From Camelus dromedarius (lineage: Eukaryota), in the NCBI RefSeq assembly GCF_036321535.1, contig NC_087461.1, forward strand, positions 2,728,001 through 2,792,000: DNA of 64,000 nt, written 5' to 3'. Positions 1-12,830 of this stretch are shown here, in pieces; position 1 is the first letter of the stretch, and every line of letters starts with the position of its first letter. Position numbers and translations under genes: made by a program. The notes beneath the pieces were generated by a model. It made no database searches. It had not been told where the DNA came from and was given only the letters and a program-made list of their open reading frames with translations.

Positions 1-76
1 TTAGTACAGAATTTTAGTTTACAAATTTTAGTGGGTCTGAGTCCTTTGATCTGTTTTGGATTTTGCTGTTTAATAT

Positions 77-139
77 CGCACATGCACACATGCACACATG
101 CACGCATGTGCGCACACGTATGCACACGCACGCACACGC
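77..139. repeat. Perfectly alternating pyrimidine-purine tract (CA/CG/TG mix)
   Basis: cgcacatgcacacatgcac...cacgc alternates Y-R without a break for 63 bp. Confidence 0.9.
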
Positions 140-2287
140 CTGCATCAGCCCCTACATACTATGGAAAATCCAGCACAGACCATGAAGGTTCTCGTGGCCG
201 CCTTTGTCTCCATTTTTTTTGCAGCTGAATTATCTGACTCCCTATATTGTGGCCCATGGCACCTCTTTGTAACAAGTAAACCCAAACTTAAGAGGTAGCA
301 ACTTTCTTATGATTTCCCACAAACCAAAAACATGAGAGTATTTTGCATGCTGCATAATTTTACTAAAATTTGCATCATGAAACAGCTGACTCCATGGCGT
401 AACTGTCAGCTTCAGCTGGTTTGTTATTTGGGTCTGTTCCTGAAATTCCTGGATCATTTCAGTGTTTTTTTACTGATGAAGCTTCTTCCTCAGGAAGCAA
501 AGTTTTTTATACATTTGGGGGTCCCTCACACCCCACTGCTCCTCAAATGTCATCTTTTCTACTTTTACCCTCTGCCCCCTTTCTTCTGCCCTGGCTACAG
601 GAAGCGAAAATTTTCCCTGGCTTTACTATTTAATTTAGGAGGAAGATAGTCCTATAAAATTCCAAAGTCAAAAGTAGAAACTTTCCCAACAAAAAAGTCA
701 CCTTCCTGGCTTGTGGAAGGAATTGTGACCTTATTCTGGGCCCTCAGAATCAGCTGAAATCAGGTTTTGTCCTGAATAACACTCTTTTCCTGGTATACAA
801 ATGGCTTTGAACACTGTTTTGTGTGGCAGAATATCTTGAACTTCCTCCTTCTCCGTTTCTGCCAAGGGCTGGAGAGGGGAAGGCAGAAGGCACGTTGGAA
901 TCACCACCGCGTGTCAGGAACTGCGTGGCCAAGAGGGGGCACTGTGGCCACGAGCGTCTGCAGGGGCATGTGCCTGTGTGTTGTACAGAAGTTAAATGAA
1001 ATAGAGACTTCAAGCAGAGAGTAGGGCGTCTTCAAACAGGTGTGTCTCAGTTTAGTGAGGAGAGAGAGAGGTGGACGGCACCCTTTATTTAAGATGAAAG
1101 TGTTTTGCGTAAAGAGGATGCCAGGAATCTCCAGTCCAATCATCTGCGAGACGTTTCCACCTCTGTCTCCTCTGTGTTGTACTCAAAGCTCTTGCACGTC
1201 ACAGATGTCTCTTCCATAATTTCATCTCACCTAAACTCATCTTTCTATGGCCTCTAATTATTTCCAGATGTTTTTGCTGAGTGCCAAGTACCATATTCAA
1301 GAAAATCAGAGAACAAAATAGTTCATTATCAAGTACTAAATCACGGGGTAAAAATAATTGGTAAATTAGCTGCCATATTGACCAGGTGTTAATTGTGTGG
1401 CATAGAAAGAGGAGCTTGAAAACAGATCTCTTTAGACACGGGCAACTGAGGAGTTTTCCGAGGGTTGGGTTGGTGCAGGTGCATGGAGGAGACGGACCAA
1501 GCCCTCCTCAGAGCGGGCGCCGGGGACGAGGACCGATCCATCCCTCGCGTCAGCAAAGGCAGTTTTGTATTTTTATATTGCCAGTGGGCAACTGGTTTGG
1601 GTGTTGATATTATGTATTTGGCAGGAAAAATATGTGGGAAAAGGTGTGGTCTTTTGTATATTATAATTTGAAGTCATTTTGCAAGAATGAATTCTCATTG
1701 AAATTTGCTTTGCTTAAGCCTTGCCAGTAATGGTGGGAAATTGCATAACAGCAAGTGTTTCCAGGGCTTGCTTCTCTCTTGCACAATGTGCTATTTTAAA
1801 AATTTTGACAAACTGAGGATTCCACTTCTAAAGAAATCATTCTAGTTCATTATTTAGTACATTAGTAATTTATCACTGATTTTAGCAATTTAAAAAGAAA
1901 AATGGACAGCAACAAGAAAATCTCGTGTGTGTTGTGTATCCAGCCCTATGACCTGGGGTTATTTATGGCCGTATCTAGTAGTATAATTAATTTTTGGAAA
2001 ATGTTATAATTCATGTTTGCTAGGAAAAGTGGAATATCTTATACAGAGATGAATCTTTACTTTGGTCAATTTGAATAACTATAAAAAACTCCCAGATGTT
2101 TTTTTACAGGACTTGCTAAAGGCATCAGCTTCTTTTTTAAAGCAAGGTCAATGTGCACTTTCTAACAGAGAGTGAGGGAAGTTCCTGTTTTGTGACCTTC
2201 CTAAATAAAACAACACATTCAAATCTGGCCTTAACTAAGGTAAATTCTGATTATGCTCAGTACATAATTCCAACCCCTCTGTTTTAA

Positions 2288-2818
2288 ATAATGCCCATTG
2301 ACAGATGAATGGATAAAGAAGATGTGGCATATATATACATATATACTGTGGAATATTATTCAGCCATTAAAAGGAATGAAATCATGTCACTTTGAGCAAC
2401 ATGGAGGGACCTAGAGATGATTATATTAAGTGCAGTAAGTCAGACAGAGAAAGACAAATATCATATGATATCACTTATATGTGGAATCTAAAACAAAATG
2501 ATACAAATGAACTTATTTACAAAACAGAAACAGACTCACAGATGTAGTAAACAAATTTATGGTTACCAAAGGAGAAAGGGGGGAGGGATAAATTAGGAGT
2601 TTGGGATTAACAGATATAAAATAGATTAACAAGGGCCTACAGTATAGCACAAGGAACTATATTCAGTATCTTACAATAACCTATAACCAAAAAGAATCTG
2701 ATAAAGAATAGATTTATATATATATAAATTGAATTGAATCACTTTGCTCTACACCTGGAAACACTGTCAATCGACTACACTTCAATTAAAAAATGAAAAA
2801 AAATGAAAAAATAAATAG
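2288..2818 (+). mobile_element. LINE-1 3' end (artiodactyl type), 5'-truncated, with A-rich tail
   Basis: aaatgcccattgacagatgaatggataaag...gtggaatctaaa...caatcgactacacttcaattaaaaaa matches L1 ORF2 end/3'UTR from memory. Confidence 0.9.
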
Positions 2819-4698
2819 AAGCTCCTTAAAGAAGCCAGACCACATTTTAATTGGTTTGTAGTAATATCTTCACCCAAGTAATGTAAGGGCTTGCTTTCTG
2901 AACTTTTGGAAACATCTACAATTGAATTCATTTTTATTTTGGTAAGGCAGTTAAAGAGCAAACAGTATTTTTATCAGTGTGAGTTCATTAATTTCCCCTA
3001 CGCTCTGGTGGTCAGCTGTCTCGTTGCACTAACACTTTCATGTTGGTCATGTTTACCTTGTTTGTTGCCATGGGTTTGATCTCAGTGCTAGTGTAGTCCT
3101 GTTTCTAGGTCCGCCTGGGTAACCCAGAGACCGTCCATCTTCTCCTGAAGATAGGAAGGTGTCTCTCTCTCAGAGATGGACAGTGGTCCTACAGCCGTGT
3201 CGCATCCTACCTGCCTGCTCAGCTCTGCGTGCATGCGTATACTGACTAGCTCTTAATTGAAGATCTTCATTATAATAATTAAATATGAGTCATTGCCCTT
3301 CCTGTTGTTCTGGTGAAATTCTTGTTATGCGTCTCTCTCGACAAGATGAAGGTGCTGACTTAAATGTTGGCATCTGAGTAAAACTCCTGTAATCATTCCA
3401 GCTGGAGAAGAGAGAAGAAAAACATAACGTCTCTTTGGCTTTACTATTCAGTCTTACAGAATTACAGAGCTGGGATGGACAGACACATGGTAGTTTGAAA
3501 GTGTAGGAAACCCATAAGGGCTGTAAATAGTCTAGTGGTACTGTTTTAAGTGCTTAGGGCCACAAAGAACAGTCAATCCATAGAATTCTACGGTCCTGCC
3601 AGTTTGTCGGTGTGTCACGGTCCCTCCACTAGCCGTGAGTGGACTTCCTGGGATGGGCAAAGGGATGAGTCCCCATCTGCAATGATGGTCCTGCCGGGGA
3701 AGAAAGCAGTTTCTCCAGGCGGACCACAGAATGACTGGGAAGACACCTGAAGTCCCCATTCCAATCGTCCTGCAGAGGAAGGGAATTATTTTTCGCCTCC
3801 CTTTCCTCTCTGCCTCTTTCTTTATCCCTGACTAGAACTCTGCTGCATTCTTGCTTAGAGTGACTCCCCATTCAGTCGGAAGAAATTAATTTTTTTCTTT
3901 CAGTCATTAAATATATATTCAGGGAATATATCATGCAGTTACATTTGTGTTACGAAGATCCCATCTAATGTCAGAGGTAATTGAAATACTTCACTTTAAA
4001 GAAATTTTTTAAAATTCTATGAAAAGTCATGGGTTTTTTCACCCTGATAATAACTGCACTGTAATTGAGGAGAACAGATTAGAACCACGGGTGCACACGG
4101 TCCAACGCGAAGAGCCGCCGCGCGCTCCCTGCAGCGCCCCCAGCACCGCGCCGCTGGCTGGCGCGTGTCTGCCTAGGCGGGTCGGCTACGAGGACGCGGG
4201 ACGCCAGGCTGTCTGCTTCCACGAGCATCACACGCTTGGGCACCTGAAGGGTTACCTCGTGCAGGCTCTTAGGGATTTAGCTACCGGACAGAGAGCGCCC
4301 ATCTGCTGGAGCGCATGTCTCAGCCGTTCACGGCAGTCCTCGGAGGGCAGAGGGGGGACAGCAGGAGCCCTTCCCTCCTCCTCTGCCTCCAGGGAGGCCA
4401 GCTGAAACCTCTCGGCGCTGGCGTTCTGAGTTGACTTAAACTGCCTCAGTGTGGAGATGCGAGAAAGTACCTTTCTCAGTGTTTTTCTTCTCTGTCTTCA
4501 GTTTTTTGGGTTTTTTTTTTTTCAGTTTTTTTTTTCAGTTTTCAGTTTACTTTCAAAGATTACACCATCCCAGGTTACCTCCTGATTTGTTCTTCCTCGT
4601 AATGTTTCCTCTTCCATTGGTAATAATTCTTTCTTCATGGTGGATGGGGGGCTCACCACAAAAGACTGGATGAGACTGTCTCTAAAACAGAAGGTTAA

Positions 4699-4823
4699 GG
4701 GGGCAGGTACAGCTCAGTGGTACAGCGGGCGCTTGGCACGCACGAGGTCCTGGGGATTGAACCTAGGACCTCCACTGACATAAATAAATAAACCTAATTG
4801 CCGCCCCCACCAAAAAAAAAAAA
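4699..4823 (+). mobile_element. tRNA-Ala-derived SINE (camelid Vic-1-like), degenerate B box
   Basis: ggggcaggtacagctcagtggtacagc...cacgaggtcctgggga...aaataaataaacctaatt...poly(A); same family as the copy at 61.3 kb. Confidence 0.8.
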
Positions 4824-7199
4824 ACCACACACATACACACACACAAAGAAGATAAAGTATCATTGAACTTATAGTCAAAAGACAGTTTCGGTCATGTAAT
4901 TTGGCAGAAATTTTTGCCTACTTGGTACCCAAAAGAATTTTGAAAAACTATATATCCCTTCACACCATGTTAAGTTGCTACTTAAGAAAATTCTGTCATA
5001 ACTGAAATAGCTGTAAAGAGAATAATTTTCAGATCAATAAATAATTGGAGTTTTAAAAATAAGTCAACTAAAATTTAGATACCTGTTTTTAAATTTACCT
5101 AATGAAATTTAAACACTGTAATGATTTTATATCTTGGATACAAATTAAAATAAATGACTTTATAGCCTGGATCAGCCACTGAAAAGGACATGTGAACAAG
5201 CTCAGCTAACAGCTGGCTATTTTATATGACATTTTTCTTTCTTCTTGAATGTAAATTTCACTCCATTTCTCCCACTGAGTTTAATGTTGGTGTAAATGTT
5301 TTTATTCCTGAAAATGCTTTGTGGATCATCATGTTTTTTCGCTCCAGGAAAAATGTGGGCCAAAACTCATATGACCATAAAACTCAAGGGATTAAAAATT
5401 TCTTCTGGATTGATTTTTTATTGGGATTATTCATTGATACTGAATTAATCAAGCAACATAAATACAGAATATATTTATCAAACAATAGAAATACAAGTGC
5501 AACATAAACACCAGAGTTAAGCAAGCTGCTAAAGTCTGGGGCCTCTGGACCTGGAGTAGTCCATGACCCTTCAGAGATGTCCTCAGTGGGGACAGGGCTG
5601 CTTTGTCTGGCTGTGGGCGCTTCACAGAGACAGACTCAGCAGTGATCAGTCAAAACTCATTCTCCTGACAGTCGTGCGAGTGAACACCACGGTCCTGGAA
5701 GGAGGACTTGGCAGTGGGACACAGGTCACCTCATACATCAGTCTCCTCAATTAATGTGTAAAAGCACGTAGGACGGCACTCAGTGTACCACATTTGACAA
5801 ATTATTAGGAAGTTATTATACCATTAATAAGCTCTGTGTATTGATAACCTGTTATTCACTTTTGCAGACTAAATAGAATATATTATTAAGTTACCAATAA
5901 GTTAAGACCTCTAGCATTAATGAAGTCTCAAGATTAACATATTGGAAAAACAGAACCTAAATAAGTGACTAATACATTTGAATAACCAAGATAATGTTCT
6001 TCTGTTCCTGAAAAAGAAAACTCAGGTCTTATTATTTGTTAATTATTTAGGTAACTGCACAGTTTCCATAGGAGAACTTTTTTTTTTTAATTTGGGAGTA
6101 AAGTTAAAACCACTTCTCTTCCCAAGAGCGAGCAGTGTTGTAGCTCTCATTAAGTGGTTCCTTCCCAGCAAGTCCTACATCCCCTCCCTTCTGCTCTGCT
6201 CCCTGCCAGAAGCACAAATTCTGTGAGTTTTCATTTCTTTTAAGCCAAAGCATATGAGAAAATTAAAGTCTTTCCAAATTCTACTTAACTATTCCTAATA
6301 TTTATGTAAAAAAAGACATGAAAATGTCAAACATACTCTTTGGATGAGAGTATGTAAGTTGTTAAGGAAAGTATTTCATATTAAAATTATTGTCCTTGAA
6401 TTACATAGAATCGCTCTTCAAAAATGAGTTAAAGATGTTGAAATCTACTATTGTTTGGTAAATGTGTTTGCATAAATCTGCCTTTTACTCTGAGAAGATA
6501 AAGATAGGATTTGATTTATTGAACTGTTGCTTGTATTCAACAAACAGCATACTTTATTTGAAACACATTTTTAAACATATTTTGGAATTGCTAGCTTATA
6601 CTATAAAAACTCTCATTAAAAAAAAATAATAATATATATATTAACTTAACTAAGAGGCATTTTCCAGCTAGTTTAAGAATGAATCTTAGTCTAAGAATGA
6701 GTTGTTTGTTAAAACAACAAGAAATCTATCTCAGGATAATAATTACATAAAATTTCCTCTCTTAGAAGTGGAAGAATAGCTAGAAACAGCGAATTTTTTA
6801 GAAATATTTACACATTAATAAAATAGTCATACAATTTACTTCTAAACTCTGAAGACTGGTTTAGAACTTTTATTTTTAGCAGGAATTGCAAAACTCAACT
6901 CAACTTGACATTTCTAATTTTAAAACATGCAGAAAATAAAAAAATGGCGAGCATGAATTACTATTTTTTTTAAACATTTGAAAATCCGTTGTATTACTTC
7001 TGTATTTTGAGGAATAAGGTTCAATCTACTTCCGGCATTTTATTCTGTGCAACTGTATCAAGAGCTCATTTTGGCATTCTAATTTTGAAATAAATTTAAA
7101 AAGGAAGACCTTAGTGTTTAAACACAACTATCTTCCTTTTCAAAAATTTTTTTTAAAACAAGGACCGCTGCACTCCTTCCTCTACCAAACGTACTCTAA

Positions 7200-8110
7200 G
7201 TCCTGGGAAAGGATGACGCGGTGAGGCCGCGCTTCCCGGCCTGCTCAGCCAGGGGCGCTGCCACCCCCCCCCCCCCCCCCCCCGTGGTCCACGAGGAAGG
7301 ACTGGAGGCTCTTCGGTTTTATGCTGCTGTGAAGTGTTTGTTTGCTTTGCAAAACTATTGCAGCAGAAGACTCGGTCACCCGCCCTGGCACGCACAGTGA
7401 GCTGGTCCTGACAAGCCCCCCCCTGTGGCCACACGCCTGGACAGGGAGCCTGACGGCGCAGAGCGGGGCCGGCCTCTGCTGGGAGAGCGGGTTGTAAGAA
7501 AGCCGCTGTGCCTGCTTGCAAGCACAGGTCGGTGCGTTAGCATTTCGTATATAATGTATTGTGCGTTATAATTTTACATATGTTACTGCGGCTGGAGTCA
7601 ACGGCCGGGGACGGGGCGAGCCCGGGCCCCGCGCCCACGCCCACGCCCAGGCTCGCCGCGTCCCCCGCGCCTCCGACTCCTGCTGGGGGGTCCACCCCTC
7701 TGTCCTGAGGAGGGACCGGGCCGCGGCGCAGCCCGCGTCAGGACAAGGCGGCACTGGAGCGCGGGAGGGAAACGTGAGACAGAGGCCGGGGGAGCTCCGG
7801 CGGCAGCAAAGGCGGCGCGCGGCCGCAGCCGCGCTGCGCCCCGAATCCCACGCGCGCGCCCGCGGGCGTGACAGCCCGCGCACCTGCGGGGGACCTCCCT
7901 CCAGGGTCAGGGTCCCGCCGCCCTGCTGGGCCGTGAGTAGCCGTTGCCACGGCGCCGCGCCCGGCTCTGATGTTACTAAGGAAGAGCTCACAGGGTCAGC
8001 CTTCGGTGTCCCCGTCAGCACAGTCAGGTTCCTTCTCCCTAACAGGCCATCTCCTCGTCTGTGGCCTGGTTCGCATCTCAGATAGTTTACTCCTCTCCCG
8101 TTCCCCTTCT
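7200..8110. promoter_or_regulatory. Orphan CpG island, candidate promoter (probably plus strand)
   Basis: Very high CpG/GC 7590-7970; TATA-like TATATAA 7548-7554; candidate donor CC|GTGAGT at 7933-7938; no recognisable CDS. Confidence 0.6.
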
Positions 8111-8139
8111 CAGGAGTTCCCAGACTGTCCGAGGAAGAC

Positions 8140-8615
8140 GTCACTCCAAAGAACGTGAATAACCCGGACAATACGCTGTGACAAACTTGCACGTGGCCGT
8201 GGAAACTGTGCACGTTAAGGTATATTTCAGGAACAGTCATCTTCAAAAAGGAAGGCGATTCTGGCCCGCGCTGCAACACGAGTGAACGTGGAAGCTCTTA
8301 CACTCAGAGAAAAAGCCAGACACAAGAGGACGAAGGCGGTGTGAGTCCAAGTGTGTGCGGTACCTTGAGTAGCCAGTTCACAAAGATGGAAAGTTAAAAC
8401 AGTGGTGACTGGGGGCTGGAGGAGGAGGGGAGGACGGATTGTGGTGTCATGGGTACCGAATTTCAGTTTGGGATGAAGAAAAGAACTATGGAGGTGGATG
8501 GTGGTGATGGTGTCACAAGAAGAATGTACTGAATGCCACGGAACTGTACACCTAAATGTGGTTAAAATGCTAAATTTTATGTCATGTATATTTTCCCACA
8601 ACCATAAAAACAGAA
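8140..8615 (+). mobile_element. Old LINE-1 (L1MB-like) 3' end
   Basis: ...gaatgccacggaactgtacacctaaatgtggttaaaatgctaaattttatgtcatgtatattttcccacaa is the typical L1MB terminus. Confidence 0.85.
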
Positions 8616-8623
8616 AAGAAAAA

Positions 8624-8647
8624 TTATTTATGTATGTATGTATGTAT

Positions 8648-8698
<51 letters not shown>

Positions 8699-8702
8699 TT
8701 TT
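8624..8702. repeat. Compound microsatellite (TATG)4(TATT)14
   Basis: Read directly. Confidence 0.95.
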
Positions 8703-11700
8703 TCAGGCAATGTAACCTTCCTAACACAATCTATAAAGCACAAAGATTCAACCTGTGTATAGAGAAAAAGCAAGTTAGGAAATAAGTTGATAGAAAAAAA
8801 TTTTTTTTAGGTACCCTTATCCAAATTCTTAGTTCTGCCCCCAAGGAATATATGCAACAAATTTTCACATTAACGTAACTCAGCTAGAGCTTTGCGTCTC
8901 CTTGAAGACATTTCCACCCCATCTTGACATGGAGCAAAGAAGGGACACAGAATGGCAAAGTGCCTCTCAGATGCCATCCCCATATGTGGGCTTTTTGGGT
9001 TTTATCTCAAGCCACGAGAATTCATCCAGTATAAACAAAATCATTTTCAAGTGCTCAATATATTAGGCTGTTGAAGGAAGTGAAAGGTTACTGGTTTTGC
9101 TGAAACTCTTTTTCCTTCTCCCCCTAGGAGCCACACTGGACCCGTCTGATTGGCATACCTTTGGGTAGGAGCCTGGCCTAAAGGGTCCTAGGGATTCAAA
9201 CTTGGTTCTGGCCCTCCATCTGGGTTCTCTGGATGGATTGGCATGTGCTGTGGACTGGGGTCTTATTGATAGAAGCCTAAATTACAAGTCAGGAGAGACA
9301 AGGGGAACAGATTTTGCCCCGCCCCTGCTGATCACATTAATCATAGTGGCCAATGAAAAGTACGCTTGCCAGCAAACTCACCATGTGGTTGAAAGATCAT
9401 TCTCCATGCGTCTCTGGGATGTTTGGTACATCCTTACAGCAGAGGGTCTCTCTGACTACCCTTCCAGGGTATTTGAATAGCCAACAGCATGGAAGATAGA
9501 ACGTCTTCTTCCAGAGCAAAGGGGAGACCTGCTTGCATGATAATCTCTCCAAATTCAGGGTTCCTCTCCCACTGCACACATAGGCTTCCCTGTAGGCCTT
9601 GGGAGACAAGCAGTGCAAACTCAGCAAACGTTTGCTCAAGCCACCTGCTGCACCATGAGTCATGAAGTCCTTTGTCTCTGACCTGGGAGTCTCATGTCTT
9701 CAGAGATCACCCATGAAACTGACAGCCTAACTTGTTGTTTGCAAGTTGGGTGAAACCTTAGCCCCTTCACAGCCCTTGACAGTTCCGATAGGGAGCTACA
9801 CTGTATCCATGACTTCAGAGCAACCACATAGCTGGATATAAAGTAAACTTAAATTAGTCATGGGCTTTGGGAGCAGCCTCAGATGAACATCTTTATAAAA
9901 ACGTAAAATGAAATTATGCATTTAGGCACTGTGTATATTCGAAATTCTTCATTTTAAAAATCAGAATCTTCATGTTCTAAATGAAAAGTCACTCTAATCA
10001 CCCAAAAGGCACTTCGGGGAGTATTCAAAATATGGGAGTAATATTCACGTCGTAATTTTGTTTTATTGTGGTGTGTGATATGGATATTAATAATCCATGG
10101 AGGGGAGAGAGAGAGGGGACACACATATTCTGAACAGAGAAAGCTGACAGCAGGGCAGAGCAGGCCGCTGACTCTGCTCACTGCAGGGCTTCCTTCCTGT
10201 CAGTCACCTCCAGTGCAGCTGTCCTGCCCCCTCATATCATTGCGTCGATGCTGAGAGGACTGTTCATCCTATAAATCAATTCATTTGACTAACGGCTAAT
10301 TTTCATACTTAGCATTTGATTTTGTTCAAGTGACTCAAGTTCACGGGCCCATCTATTTTTTCCATCTTTCTGTTCTTTCCCCCTTCTTACTAGTCATCAT
10401 TTTCTCAGTAACTCCCCCGGGACCTGCTAAGCAAATTATTTGCTTAGTGCACTTCGTTAGAGCAGAATTGTGGTATGCCAATGGTTCCCTAATAAAAATC
10501 CTTAAATTACTGAACTGCAAAATTAATCAAAGTTAGCGTTTTTTTGTTTTTTTGTTTTTTCCAGTTAGTTTGTCCATTTGTACTGCCACCAAAAAGATAG
10601 TGAAAATTACACAGAATCAATAAAGCAAATTCGGACGGGAATGCCCCACCCTCAACCCAAGCACACGCCCTCCTCAGGTATGAACTTCCCTCCGACTTCA
10701 CTTGAAAACGGGCCTCCGTGGAGGGTGGAGCCCAGTGCCTGTGACGTCATATCCGATCCCGGCCCGGCTTTACACTCTGAGCGTTTGTATTTAGTTGGTA
10801 GGTTTCACATGTGTCCAGGTTCACACTCTTGTATCCACAATTCAAAGTGCGAATTGCATTTAAAAAAATTTTTTTTTAATCTTTATAACTCCTTTAGTCA
10901 TGACAGGCAAGACAGGGGCCTGAATGGAGGAGAAGCTATTCACAGCCCCCATTTACCACCAGAGTCCTTAATACACTCGACTCTGGAGAGCAGCCCCAGG
11001 GCTTGGTGGGAACACTGTCTAACGCGCCATATCTGCCATGTATTTCCCTTCTGAAATCAAAAGGAAAAAAACCAAATCTGACTTTTGAAACACGTGAGAG
11101 CCAGTGTGTTTGGGGACCTGCCCTCCTGGCTGCTTCAGCACCGGAGCTGTCCACCTTCCCTGCAGGCTGTTCACCTGGTCACCCATCGTCCAGGTCTAGA
11201 CCCAGGAAAGGAGCCGACGTCTCCCTTAGCCCAACTCCTTCTGCTCTGAACAGGGAACCTCAGGCCCCGGGTGGTTCACACAACTAGGTTTCCCATATTT
11301 TCCACAGTCCACAAATTTGAAAGCTTGGCAACGTTTCAGCAAGGGCAGACATGAAAAGAAAGAAGGTAATAATTAGTAAGCAATATTTTGTTATAACTAT
11401 TACTAGGTTTGAACTATCTTCTTGGTTTATATAATGAAAGTCATCAGTAGGTTTTCTATTTGTTAATCTTCTATTCTTTTAAAAAAAGAAGCCTAAATTA
11501 AACATGAACCAAAGGGGAGACACGTGAAATGCAAGAGTGTAAATCTGGGTATGAAGCTATCTTGTCAGACCTTTTAAATAATGGAGACCTACCTCCCAAG
11601 GGAATAGTTTGCCAGCATTTAGTTCAGGATATTTTCCAGTGAATAAGCATCAGGGAAGTCATGTCCTCAGAGATCATCTCCAATTCAAATAGGTACTACA

Positions 11701-12816
11701 AATAAAATTTCTTTTACCAGATTTCCCCATAATGTCATCAAATTGTTACACACAGCTGTTCATACAGGGCTCTCACTGTAAAATCAGAGAGGCTTCTTTG
11801 CTTCCTTTATTCGGAATAAGATGGTAATATCACCAAATGTTAAACCTTGGAAGTCTCCAAAAGAGCATCTGATGAGGCCATTTACTTTGAAAAATGAAAG
11901 GACATTCAGTTCTTTGCTAAAAATCCTTCCACTCTGAAGCCGCGTAAGCCGAAAATTGGATGGTCATTTTGCTGCCTTGTAATGGAAAATCTGAAAATAA
12001 TAGTAACAAGTGTTTGGAGCCTGGCAAAGGGCAAGGTGCTCTATCTGTGTTTACTCATTTCATTTTGCTTCTGAAAAATATATCCCAATGGAGAGCCCCT
12101 GTCAGACTGAAACTTAGCTAAATGTGTAATGATCCGGGCAATTTGATTTCCAGATTCTTTCAAAAGGAAACCATATTTTAAAATAATTTTTTGAAGAATT
12201 CTGTAAAAGAACTCATTTTTTCCCCCAGCTAGAAACAGAGATGTTTTAGGAAAAAGGTGGAGGTTGACAGATGGATAACAGTTTCTCCCTGAAAATGCCA
12301 TTTCTCGGAAGATATGAATGTTCTTACAAAAGCACGGAGGAGACTCTACAGACAAGCATCAGCTGAAAGGTAGTCTGAACTTCTACGATCCCATACCTTC
12401 CCCCACCAAAATGTGATTATTGGGGTAAATAAAAATGCTGTTTGGATGAAGAGCAGTGTTTGTGAGTCAGTGAGTCCTGGACCCAGCCGTGCGACCAGGA
12501 TGCTCATCCAGACCCTCCCCACCGGCTGCCGTCTGCTCAGGGTTAAGAACCTCAGGCTCCTCTGCCATTAAACAGAGAAACTGGACCAGGAAGGTCTCGG
12601 GCCCCTTTCGGTTCCAAGAGTCAGATGTTACGTGTGACGGTCCTATCATCACCCTAACACAATTACTACAGCTCCTGTGGTTATAGTCCCATACGTACTG
12701 TCAATAAAGTCATTATATGTTTAATGCATTAAGAATTAGTCAGCAGAGAGAGAAAAATGCCATTTTAGGTCGTTTTCTGATGTGAACGGCTTCCTCCGTC
12801 TATAAAGTGGGTTGTT

Positions 12817-12830
12817 GTGCCATCTGCTGG
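12817..12830 (-). promoter_or_regulatory. CTCF core motif
   Basis: Minus strand CCAGCAGATGGCAC is an exact fit to CCASYAGRKGGCRS; binding not shown. Confidence 0.5.

Noticed and set aside
7539-7572. loxP-like sequence
   Set aside because: Left arm matches 10/13 but right arm only 7/13 and lacks the inner TATA; likely chance
7566-8279. 237-aa and 174-aa ORFs in the CpG island
   Set aside because: Stop-poor GC-rich DNA, partly L1; no recognisable protein
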